Position numbers and translations under genes: made by a program. Under the pieces are notes generated by a model that was not told the origin of the DNA, did not search any database, and saw only the letters and a list, made by a program, of their open reading frames with translations. From Hahella sp. HNIBRBA332 (lineage in GTDB: Bacteria > Pseudomonadota > Gammaproteobacteria > Pseudomonadales > Oleiphilaceae), in contig NZ_CP132203.1 of assembly GCF_030719035.1 (NCBI RefSeq), forward strand, positions 1,454,579-1,494,578: a stretch of 40,000 nt of DNA, given 5' to 3'. Every line of letters begins with the position of its first letter. The first letter of the stretch is position 1. Below are positions 1-7,349 of the stretch, piece by piece.

Positions 1-100
1 GGGCGGGGCTCGGAAACCCGGCTGAAACGTGCTCCAAAAACAACGGGAGTAAACGCCTGCGCATCCTTGCACCGCTGCGACCAAGTAGCGATACGCGCAT
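1..100 (-). CDS. umuD: UmuD-like SOS mutagenesis protein (LexA/S24 peptidase family), first 33 codons only; gene runs off the left edge
   Basis: Own minus-strand translation from ATG at 100-98: MRVSLLGRSGARMRRRLLPLFLEHVSAGFPSPA. The PLF...GFPSPA block matches the conserved UmuD N-terminus (E. coli ...FPLFSDLVQCGFPSPAADY, recalled from memory). GAGG at 109-106; LexA box 25 nt upstream. Absent from the ORF track because the window truncates it. Confidence 0.6.
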   Translation of the reverse strand, partial: MRVSLLGRSGARMRRRLLPLFLEHVSAGFPSPA

Positions 101-124
101 TGTGACCTCTAAAATGACAAAATA

Positions 125-144
125 TACTGTATAAAAATACAGTA
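125..144. promoter_or_regulatory. LexA (SOS) operator
   Basis: TACTGTATAAAAATACAGTA: palindromic CTGT-N8-ACAG matching the gammaproteobacterial SOS-box consensus. It overlaps the -10 of the leftward promoter. Confidence 0.85.
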
Positions 145-161
145 TCCCTCTGACGTGTCAA
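134..161 (-). promoter_or_regulatory. sigma70-type promoter of the umuD-like gene
   Basis: Minus strand reads TTGACA (161-156), 16-nt spacer, TATTTT (139-134). The -10 lies inside the LexA box. Confidence 0.5.
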
Positions 162-185
162 GAAACTCTCACGGCTTGCAGAATC

Positions 186-401
186 AAGTGGCATGGTTTA
201 ACGATGGTTCAATAATCTAGTGGCTATACTTAAGGTGGTAATGAGATCGCATACGAATTTGCATATGAACACTCAATGTTACTCGTGACTCAGGTTGTTT
301 GGATTTTTTGGGCTTTTTTAAATGGAATCAATAGATTGGAGGAAGTGACTTCGGAGTTGTGAGCTTAATAAACGCGCATGCGGGATATACAAATGTTAAG
401 T
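186..401 (+). repeat. L-repeat copy 1 (modular non-coding upstream repeat) ending in GTTAAGT
   Basis: 221-268 aligns to 5459-5505 (GGCTATACTT..TAATGAG.T..ATACGAATNTGCATA). 300-390 aligns to 25775-25856 (TGGAATCA..TGGAGG..CTTCG.AGT..AACGCGCATGCGNGATATA). Similarity to copy 3 stops at the GTT of GTTAAGT (395-401). Confidence 0.6.
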
Positions 402-445
402 TTCTCAATAAAGAATGATCCTGCCCACAAAGATTAGACACGTCA

Positions 446-1312
446 TTAAGCGACTTTCGATGCTTCATAACTCTCTGGGCTGAGATAGCCATTTGCGCTA
501 TGAAGGCGGATTCGATTGTAATCCACTTCGATATACTCAAACACGGCTTCACGCATTTCTTGTCGGGTTGCGTACCGCTCTCCGTGAATCGCTTCCACTT
601 TCAGGGAGTGAAAGAAGCTTTCCACACAGGCATTGTCATAGCAATTGCCTTTGCCGCTCATGCTGCAACGAAGCCCATGCGCCTGAATCAACGTCTGATA
701 GGCTTCTGAGCAATATTGGGAACCTCGATCTGAATGGACGATCACCCCTTTGGGCTGACGTCGACGCCACAACGCCATGCGCAAGGCGTCGCAGACCAGC
801 TCCGATTTCATTCGCTTGCTCATCGCCCAGCCTATGACTTTACGGCTGAACAGGTCCAGCACGACGGCTAGATACAGCCAACCTTCTTCCGTCCACAAAT
901 AGGTGATGTCACCCGCCCATTTTTGATTTATCTCCGTTGCATTAAAGTCCTGCTGAAGAAGGTTTTCCGCCACAGGCAGGCTATGCCTGGAGTGAGTGGT
1001 GGCCTTAAACTTTCTGGCGGCTTTCGCTCTCAAGCCCAAGCGTTGCATGCTTCTGGCCACCGTTTTACGGTTAGCCTGGACTCCCTGTTGCGCCAAGTCT
1101 TTGGTCAGCCGGGGCGCCCCATTACGCTTTTTAGCTTTATCAAAAGCGGCCCCAACTTGGATGTCCAGGGATTGCTGACGCTGTCGTCGCAGAGAAGGGG
1201 CTTTCTGTCGATGGAGCCAAACGTAGTAGCCGCTTCTTGAGACCTGAAGCGCTCTCGCCATGCAAGTGACGCGGAAAAGGCTCGTGTGAGAGTGCATAAA
1301 GGCGTACCTCAC
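446..1312 (-). CDS. IS3-family transposase OrfB (DDE integrase core), presumably expressed as an OrfAB frameshift fusion
   Basis: 288 aa with the rve-type motifs [17 protein letters not shown] and [11 protein letters not shown]. It lies in the -1 frame relative to orfA. Confidence 0.9.
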   Translation of the reverse strand: MRYAFMHSHTSLFRVTCMARALQVSRSGYYVWLHRQKAPSLRRQRQQSLDIQVGAAFDKAKKRNGAPRLTKDLAQQGVQANRKTVARSMQRLGLRAKAARKFKATTHSRHSLPVAENLLQQDFNATEINQKWAGDITYLWTEEGWLYLAVVLDLFSRKVIGWAMSKRMKSELVCDALRMALWRRRQPKGVIVHSDRGSQYCSEAYQTLIQAHGLRCSMSGKGNCYDNACVESFFHSLKVEAIHGERYATRQEMREAVFEYIEVDYNRIRLHSANGYLSPESYEASKVA

Positions 1313-1608
1313 TTCACACTTTTGGCGAAGTACGCCGCCGCTTTTTTTAACACGGCAAGCTCTTCCGCCTGTTCAGCCAACTGACGCTTCAGGCGGGCGT
1401 TTTCCTGGGCCAGTTGCTGTTCCGTTTCGCCACGATCCTGCGCCAGTCGGGCTTTACTGCGCCAATTGTAAAGTTGTGACTCGTGCAGACCCAATTGCCT
1501 TGCGGCGTCGCTCACGCCGATACGTTGAGCTAGCGCCAGGGCTTCCGCCTTGTACTCGTCGGAATAACGTTGGCGAGATTTGGAATTTGATGTTTTCTGT
1601 TTGGTCAT
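1309..1608 (-). CDS. IS3-family transposase OrfA (HTH)
   Basis: 99 aa. Typical IS3 OrfA: HTH then leucine-zipper-like ...ENARLKRQLAEQAEELAVLKKAAAYFAK. It overlaps orfB. Confidence 0.9.
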   Translation of the reverse strand: MTKQKTSNSKSRQRYSDEYKAEALALAQRIGVSDAARQLGLHESQLYNWRSKARLAQDRGETEQQLAQENARLKRQLAEQAEELAVLKKAAAYFAKSVK

Positions 1609-1695
1609 AGTTCACCTCTGTAGCGTAGTTTACTCGCTTAACGGGGTGTCTATCATTGGTGGGTAGGATCAGAAGCACTCAATTTAGGAGCGAAC

Positions 1696-1911
1696 ATGTC
1701 AGAAGTGAATGTATATGAGCAGGCTCTAGTAGCCGTATTAAACGAAGCCAAGTCGATGGGTGTTGAAATAGATAAGTTGTTTGAGAATGTAAGTGCTGGA
1801 ATTATGGGGAATAAACCATACGTGTTGGTTGATTCTACGCATAAAGCAGACGTTATAGATGTTCTTAGAAAAGCAGTCAATAAGCTTGAGTCACGCCACG
1901 CAGAAACTTAA
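1696..1911 (+). CDS. hypothetical small protein (71 aa)
   Basis: ORF track. GGAG 8 nt upstream of the ATG. AT-rich. The IS copy sits in its upstream region. Confidence 0.5.
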   Translation: MSEVNVYEQALVAVLNEAKSMGVEIDKLFENVSAGIMGNKPYVLVDSTHKADVIDVLRKAVNKLESRHAET

Positions 1912-2017
1912 AAGTTGATACTATTTTCGCTGCGTAGTGTGGAGCTATTTTCCACAGGGTTGCACTTTAGCCCTAAAGAAAGGCGTTACATATACTAATG
2001 GATAAGGTGGATATTAT

Positions 2018-3325
2018 ATGGACTGGGAAAAGCTACTCTCTACTAGAAGACAACAAAGCTCACATAAGGGAGATGAGGTGCGGAGTGAATATAATAAAGA
2101 CTACGATAAGATAGTTTTTTCGTCTGCATTTAGGCGTTTAGGAAGGAAGACACAGGTCCACCCTTTAGCGCATCACGATCACGTTCACACTCGTTTAACT
2201 CATTCTTTAGAAGTCGGAAGTGTTGGAAGAAGCTTGGGGCTTAGAGTAGGGAATTTTTTATCAAAAAAAGATGTTCTTCCTCAAGGTGTATGCTCACCAG
2301 AAATTGGTGCAATTGTTCATGCAGCTTGTTTGGCGCATGACATAGGTAATCCTCCATTTGGGCACGCAGGCGAATTTGCTATTCGTCATTGGTTTAAGGA
2401 AAATAGCCACAAACTTTGTTTAAGAAGCCGAAGCGAACGAAATGATTTTGAAATATTTGAAGGCAATGCTCAGGGATTTAGGATCGTATCAAAAATAGAA
2501 AATAATTATAACGATGGAGGTCTGCGATTAACATATGCGACATTGGGGACTTTGGTGAAATATCCATGGTTTTCTAATCACTGTATCGCTGAATCCAAGG
2601 GGAAATTTAACTTTTTTCAGTCAGAGAAGGAGTTTGTAGAAGAAGTAATGGAGGAATTGGGTTTAAGTAGTGGTAACAGCGTCCAGTTTGCTAGGCACCC
2701 TTTATCATTCTTAATGGAAGCCGCTGATGATATTTGTTACATAATACTGGATATAGAAGATGCACTTGAACTAAACATTCTGAGAATTAGAGATACTTAT
2801 GATATATTTGAGAAGCTTTCTGGGGATAATGTTTCAGATGGTAGCTCTTATGATCTGCATCATACAAATCGACGGCTGGTAGCTCCCCTAAGAGCCCGTG
2901 CCATTGAAAACCTGATAATAAAATGTGCAAGTATATTTGAAGAGAATTATGATAAAATAATGTCAGGTGATTTTAATGGAGATCTTATTGGTCATATTAA
3001 AGGGGCCGAAAGCGAAGGTTTGGAAGAGGCTAAAAATGTCACTGAAAAAGATATTTTTATAACCAGAATAAAGGTAGAGCTTGAGATCGGTTCTTACTCT
3101 ATTCTTGAAACAATTTTATCGGCATATATAGACGCCGTTAACGAGTTTAAGGTAGGTAAGTTATCGTTTAAATCAAAACGCGTATTAGCCCTTATGGGTG
3201 CAAATAAGTTAGATGATAATGCTTCTTATCATCAATGTTATCTTCGAGTAACGGATCTGGTTTCAGGAATGACTGATAATCATGCGGCTTATGTGGCGGC
3301 ACAATTATCAGGTCATGTTGGCTGA
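2018..3325 (+). CDS. dgt: dGTPase-family deoxynucleoside triphosphate triphosphohydrolase (HD domain)
   Basis: 435 aa. N-terminal YxxDYDKIVFSSAFRRLGRKTQV, HD-domain metal ligands HTRLTHSLEV and AACLAHDIGNPPFGHAGE, and C-terminal MTDNHA. All are hallmarks of Dgt-like dNTPases. Confidence 0.85.
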   Translation: MDWEKLLSTRRQQSSHKGDEVRSEYNKDYDKIVFSSAFRRLGRKTQVHPLAHHDHVHTRLTHSLEVGSVGRSLGLRVGNFLSKKDVLPQGVCSPEIGAIVHAACLAHDIGNPPFGHAGEFAIRHWFKENSHKLCLRSRSERNDFEIFEGNAQGFRIVSKIENNYNDGGLRLTYATLGTLVKYPWFSNHCIAESKGKFNFFQSEKEFVEEVMEELGLSSGNSVQFARHPLSFLMEAADDICYIILDIEDALELNILRIRDTYDIFEKLSGDNVSDGSSYDLHHTNRRLVAPLRARAIENLIIKCASIFEENYDKIMSGDFNGDLIGHIKGAESEGLEEAKNVTEKDIFITRIKVELEIGSYSILETILSAYIDAVNEFKVGKLSFKSKRVLALMGANKLDDNASYHQCYLRVTDLVSGMTDNHAAYVAAQLSGHVG

Positions 3326-3380
3326 TGTAATAAATTAAATCCTAATGATGCCTGGCGGCGAACGTATTTTAGTGTTTAGT

Positions 3381-3440
3381 ACGGTTTTTCGTGAATGAGA
3401 TAGTTCGAGCCTTTAGGGTTTGTACACTGGAATCATTAAA
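3381..3440 (+). repeat. L-repeat copy 2 (short form)
   Basis: ACGGTTTTTCGTGAATGAGATAGTT...GGGTTTGTACACTGGAATCA aligns to 25743-25797. It lies directly upstream of the lipoprotein ORF. Confidence 0.55.
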
Positions 3441-3445
3441 TCGAT

Positions 3446-3751
3446 ATGAAAACAAAAATAGCCCCAATTTTTCTAATTGTCATGCTCGCTGTGCTTCTTT
3501 ATGGATGTGGCGATAAATGTAGCAGCTATTCAGATTTCTCCTGTAGTGAAATAGAAAACGCTACATATAACGCTTTCTTCTATTTTCCAAACAATAATGA
3601 ATATTATCTTGGTGTGGCACACGGCCTTAGTCAGTGTGGTTCTATGGCGCATAGTTTTGCTTCATCTAAAAACCTTACTGGTAATCGAGAGTGGGGCTAT
3701 ATTTGTTGTATGAAAGTAAAAGGATCAGAATGCTACGAAAAGCACAGGTAA
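3446..3751 (+). CDS. Cys-rich putative lipoprotein (101 aa)
   Basis: Signal peptide plus lipobox (LLYGC). Eight further cysteines in the mature part. Confidence 0.6.
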   Translation: MKTKIAPIFLIVMLAVLLYGCGDKCSSYSDFSCSEIENATYNAFFYFPNNNEYYLGVAHGLSQCGSMAHSFASSKNLTGNREWGYICCMKVKGSECYEKHR

Positions 3752-3755
3752 ATTC

Positions 3756-3968
3756 ATGGATGTAATACTACTAATATTGGGTGTGGCTGCTCTATTTCTA
3801 ATTACTCAAAGATGGTTTTGGGTTTTAGTATTTGGGCTTGGAACTTTGGCAAGTGCCTTCACTGTTATCGCAAGTGTTATCCACTTCCAAATATTAGGGG
3901 CTGTAGGTTTTACAGTTCTGACCTTCATATTATGGGCTATTACAGTCATGATTCTTGGAAGCGACTAA
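3756..3968 (+). CDS. small integral membrane protein (70 aa)
   Basis: Almost entirely hydrophobic, with 2-3 predicted TM helices. It starts 5 nt after the lipoprotein stop. Confidence 0.5.
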   Translation: MDVILLILGVAALFLITQRWFWVLVFGLGTLASAFTVIASVIHFQILGAVGFTVLTFILWAITVMILGSD

Positions 3969-4477
3969 CTCAGTAGCGCTCCGCAGATGTCATACGATGC
4001 ATTGGAGTTTGTAAAGAAAGCGGTTCATCGGAAGTGGCCGTGCCCATAAGTCGATCTCAGGTTTATCAAGAAAGCACGTGTTCGCAGTGAAGCCGCCTTG
4101 ATGACCCTTTCTTATCCTTAGAGACATTTATAAATACTGGCGAACCAATATGATATCCCCCCACCTAGTAGTATAAGCAGGAGAAAGCTTCCTTAATATA
4201 AAAACAGGCGAGACTTATAAGTATGGAATAAGCGGGTATGGTTTGGATCAAAATGGACAGTCAAAAAGGGCTCAGGCTCAGGTGAATAGGCTAAATTGAA
4301 AGGCCGGTTATACACAATAAGTTTCAAAGCTGAAAGCTGCGAATAACTTGCCTCGGATGGATGCGATTAATACAGAAAAGAATTTAACAAGAGGGTATGT
4401 TAAGAATTTTAGAAAATTGCCTCCAGGAATGAAGTATCCAGTGATTAGGCTTCCTTTGCGTAATAGGAGATGATTTC

Positions 4478-5116
4478 ATGTTGATTGATATTGCTGTAAC
4501 AGCAGCCGATTCATATGAAAGAAAGTCGGAGTTTAATGGTACTACAAATTGTGTGTCCGCCATGTTTCTACTGGAGCTGCCCAAACACTATGATGCTGGA
4601 AAGATAGAGAAAATTATTATTGAGCTTGGTCTAGACGAGTCACGGTATTATCTCGATGATGACATTTTGGTATGTTGTAAGCCGTTTGATTTTGAGGCCT
4701 ATTGGAGGCTGAATGACTTTGAGGCAAAAGAGCTTATATTTGAAATAATATACAACACGCTATTTGCGCTGGCTGCTGAGTTTGGCTGGAGAAAGGAGCC
4801 GCTTGAAAATGCGTTGGCAGCCAATAAAGAGAAGGGGTACTCATTAACCTACGGTATTGTGAAAAAGAAAAGTCCAGATAAGGAAAATACTGCAATGCTT
4901 AGTATTGACTTTGGACGATTCGATGCTCGTGTATATGTCAGGTTTGAGTCTGTTAATGATGGGTGTCATGGAGAAGTTGATATAGTGAAAACGCTACCTC
5001 ACACAATATTCTTTGATGATTACCTTGGCAAGATTAAATGGATTGATAATAAAACTGTTGAAGTAATACCATCAGGGAGTGATGCTCCGAAACAATCCAT
5101 AGTCATGCCATACTAA
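4478..5116 (+). CDS. hypothetical protein (212 aa)
   Basis: ORF track. GGAG 8 nt upstream. AT-rich. No motif recognised. Confidence 0.55.
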   Translation: MLIDIAVTAADSYERKSEFNGTTNCVSAMFLLELPKHYDAGKIEKIIIELGLDESRYYLDDDILVCCKPFDFEAYWRLNDFEAKELIFEIIYNTLFALAAEFGWRKEPLENALAANKEKGYSLTYGIVKKKSPDKENTAMLSIDFGRFDARVYVRFESVNDGCHGEVDIVKTLPHTIFFDDYLGKIKWIDNKTVEVIPSGSDAPKQSIVMPY

Positions 5117-5192
5117 AATATCGCCACACTCATTGAGAGTCTATCCGGGAGTTTATTGTTCTAAAATATGGATCAATACTGATTATTTATCG

Positions 5193-5219
5193 CTATTGTT
5201 GACAATTAATGAACAATAG
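5193..5219. promoter_or_regulatory. inverted repeat overlapping a TTGACA box (candidate operator/promoter)
   Basis: CTATTGTT-N11-AACAATAG perfect 8-bp inverted repeat. TTGACA at 5199-5204 sits inside it. Confidence 0.3.
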
Positions 5220-5250
5220 GGTAGGCTTTACCCTACATTCTGCACTATTG

Positions 5251-5276
5251 CGCCCTGACAACTCTCAGGGCGTTTT
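5251..5276 (+). terminator. rho-independent terminator
   Basis: CGCCCTGA-caactc-TCAGGGCG followed by TTTT. Confidence 0.6.
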
Positions 5277-5286
5277 CATATAGAGA

Positions 5287-5314
5287 CCCGGTATCCGAAA
5301 GGAACCGGGTTTTT
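5287..5314 (+). terminator. rho-independent terminator (copy A of a duplicated element)
   Basis: CCCGGT-atccgaaagga-ACCGGG followed by TTTTT. The surrounding 45 bp is repeated at 6198-6240. Confidence 0.6.
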
Positions 5315-5458
5315 GTGTTTTAGAGGGCCGCTCGCCGTTGCATGGAGAGGGGGTAACTCGGCCCATTCAGGAAGGATCATGACACCAGAACACGTAGTAC
5401 CTACACCGGGAGTTCAACTTCACTTATCTGATCGCTCTATGCTTTAGCATCAATATAG

Positions 5459-5505
5459 AGGCTATACTTTTGTGATAATGAGGTGTATACGAATGTGCAT
5501 ACGGG
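5459..5505 (+). repeat. L-repeat partial copy (5' module only)
   Basis: GGCTATACTTTTGTGATAATGAGGTGTATACGAATGTGCATAC aligns to 221-266. It contains an extended -10-like TGTGATAAT and lies 30 nt upstream of ORF 5537. Confidence 0.5.
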
Positions 5506-5536
5506 TATGTGAAAAATAGAAGGGTGAGGTGTCATC

Positions 5537-6067
5537 ATGGGGCCAAGTGCATTCATTATATTTGAAAATAAGCCATCGAGTGAGAATTCGTCACAGTTGG
5601 AAGAAGCTCTGATCGAACTAGGGCATGACATCGAATTTGGATTTATCTATCCGGGCGATGAATATTGGTGTTACGAGGAAGACGAGCTTGAATTGATTAA
5701 AGAAAAAACTTCCATGTCTGTATGTGGAGTATTTGAAATATCTTGCCCAAGCAATTCTGCTAGTTCTCATCGAGATTTGGGGCAAGCTGCACTCATCGCT
5801 TGCGAATACCTCTCTGGTCTAGTTGATTTTAATGGGGCTATTATCCCTGAGCTGCCTCGCATAATGTATAAAGGTATGTGGCTTTGGGAAAAAGCTAATT
5901 GGGCAGATGTTGAACCTTATTTTTTAGAAATGGTTAAAGAAATTAGTGGTAAGGTCTACACAATCGAATATGAAACTGCAAATAATAGAATCTGGGCTCA
6001 TCACATTTGTGACAAGGAATTTATGGCTAATTGGCTTAAGCATCCCATGTTTAGAATGATAAAATGA
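5537..6067 (+). CDS. hypothetical protein (176 aa)
   Basis: ORF track. GGTGAGG upstream of the ATG. AT-rich module lying between the duplicated terminator elements. Confidence 0.55.
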   Translation: MGPSAFIIFENKPSSENSSQLEEALIELGHDIEFGFIYPGDEYWCYEEDELELIKEKTSMSVCGVFEISCPSNSASSHRDLGQAALIACEYLSGLVDFNGAIIPELPRIMYKGMWLWEKANWADVEPYFLEMVKEISGKVYTIEYETANNRIWAHHICDKEFMANWLKHPMFRMIK

Positions 6068-6202
6068 GCCTGTATTTAGATAAGCTTCGGTTCCTTTCAG
6101 GATTAGCCTGGTTATCATCCTTCAAGCGTAGCAAGCAAACTATGAAAAGAATGGTACTCATTTCTTTCCTGGTTTAATAAGCGCGCAACCTCACAATTAG
6201 AG

Positions 6203-6232
6203 GCCCGGTATCCGCAAGGAGCCGGGTTTTTT
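6203..6232 (+). terminator. rho-independent terminator (copy B of the duplicated element)
   Basis: GCCCGG-tatccgcaaggag-CCGGG followed by TTTTTT. Confidence 0.6.
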
Positions 6233-6242
6233 GCTTTCTAGA

Positions 6243-6265
6243 GCCTCGCTTACGCGGGGCTTTTT
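6243..6265 (+). terminator. second hairpin plus T-run immediately upstream of the endolysin gene
   Basis: GCCTCGC-ttac-GCGGGGC followed by TTTTT. Confidence 0.5.
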
Positions 6266-6277
6266 CGTTTCTGGGTT

Positions 6278-6670
6278 ATGCAAAACATGAGCTTCTACTT
6301 AGGAAAGCGCTCCAAGTCGCGCTTGGTTGGCCTGCATCCTGACCTTGTGAAAGTAATAGAGAGAGCGATTCAGATCAGCCCTATCGATTTCACTGTGCTG
6401 GAAGGCCTGAGAACTATCGAGCGCCAAAAGGAACTGTATAAGGCTAGCAAATCAAAGACGATGCGCAGCCGCCATTTAACGGGGCATGCGGTGGATCTGG
6501 GTGTTTTGATTAACGGGGCGATCACCTGGGAAACCCGCTATTACCAGATACTCGCCGACGCTGTTAAGCAAGCCGCCGAAGGGCTGGGCATTCCCATAGA
6601 GTGGGGCGGCGACTTCAACGGCTTTTTCGACGGACCTCATTATCAACTGCCGTGGAAAGAATACCCATGA
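6278..6670 (+). CDS. phage endolysin, peptidase M15 family (zinc D,D- or L-Ala-D-Glu peptidase type)
   Basis: 130 aa. Zn-ligand motifs SRHLTGHAVD and DGPHYQ. First gene of the lysis cassette. Confidence 0.8.
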   Translation: MQNMSFYLGKRSKSRLVGLHPDLVKVIERAIQISPIDFTVLEGLRTIERQKELYKASKSKTMRSRHLTGHAVDLGVLINGAITWETRYYQILADAVKQAAEGLGIPIEWGGDFNGFFDGPHYQLPWKEYP

Positions 6671-7071
6671 GCGCCTGGGCTTCAATTCTGAACCTGTTTA
6701 AACCCGTCGCAGATCTGATAGACAACGTCCACACCAGCGACGAAGAGCGCCTGCAGATACAGGCACAGCTATTTCAGATTCAGGCCGAGCTAACCCAGCG
6801 AGTGATGGAATACGAAACCAAGCTGCTGGAGGCGAAGGCCAGAACGATCCAAGCGGAAGCGCAAGGCCAAAGCATCCTACAGCGCAACTGGCGCCCGCTA
6901 ACCATGCTGTGTTTTCTGGCGCTGGTCGTGTGTGACTCCTTTGGCCTGCTGACGTTCCGGCTAAGCGTGGAAGCCTGGGATCTGCTGCAAATAGGCTTAG
7001 GTGGATATGTCGCCGGCAGATCGCTGGAGAAGATCGCCCCCAAGGTAACCGACGTGATGAGTAAGAAATAA
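6667..7071 (+). CDS. holin, 3TM type (GTA_holin_3TM-like)
   Basis: ATGA start/stop overlap with the endolysin at 6667-6670 (track start 6601 trimmed). HTSDEER motif, coiled segment, then WRP plus C-terminal TM helices, as recalled for that family. Confidence 0.65.
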   Translation: MSAWASILNLFKPVADLIDNVHTSDEERLQIQAQLFQIQAELTQRVMEYETKLLEAKARTIQAEAQGQSILQRNWRPLTMLCFLALVVCDSFGLLTFRLSVEAWDLLQIGLGGYVAGRSLEKIAPKVTDVMSKK

Positions 7072-7349
7072 TGGAAGAGAACCAAACCACCCGGAGGCAC
7101 TGGCACTTGGACAAAACCATCAGTGTGGGCCACCTGATCAGCACGCTGGTAATCGCCATTTCCGTGATCACCTGGGCGGGCTCCATAGATCGCCGTGTGG
7201 AGCAAAACGCGCTGGCGGTTAAGTACCTGAATGAAGAGCAAGTGCAACAGCGTCAGCGTATCGACTCCGTCCGCAATGAGATTAAAACCGACCTGCGAGC
7301 CATCAACGACAAGCTAGACCGCCTGATCGAGCGGCAGAGTGAACGGTAA
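7071..7349 (+). CDS. lysis-cassette membrane protein (N-terminal TM plus coiled coil; spanin-like by position)
   Basis: 92 aa. One TM (LISTLVIAISVITWAG) followed by a heptad-like region. Start overlaps the holin stop. Confidence 0.35.
   Translation: MEENQTTRRHWHLDKTISVGHLISTLVIAISVITWAGSIDRRVEQNALAVKYLNEEQVQQRQRIDSVRNEIKTDLRAINDKLDRLIERQSER

Larger units (their letters stand above)
416..1671 (-). mobile_element. IS3-family insertion sequence, copy 1 (intact, 1256 bp)
   Basis: Terminal inverted repeats TGATCCTACCCACCAATGATAGACACC (at 1671) and TGATCCTGCCCACAAAGATTAGACACG (at 416), with TG...CA ends. 3-bp target duplication GAA at 413-415 and 1672-1674. orfA/orfB sit in 0/-1 frames with an A7 slippery run at 1342-1348. 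Confidence 0.9.

Noticed and set aside
98-144. LexA box plus leftward ORF as the Pint/intI end of the integron
   Set aside because: The 33 visible codons match the UmuD N-terminal motif (PLF...GFPSPA). They do not match the N-terminus of integron integrases as I recall them.
328-552. Minus-strand 74-aa ORF crossing the IS end into the L-repeat
   Set aside because: It spans the IS terminus and flanking DNA, so it is a junction artefact. An outward-reading hybrid transcript is possible but unsupported.
1905-1990. attC sites in the left island (for example ..ACTTAAAAG...AAAGGCGTTACAT after ORF 1696; GACTAAC...GCGGTTCATC at 3963-4030; CCTAATGATGCC... at 3340)
   Set aside because: Only the GCGTTA-like end or a TAAC-like start is present. 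R''/R' are not complementary and no convincing hairpin could be drawn, so they are not reported as attC sites.
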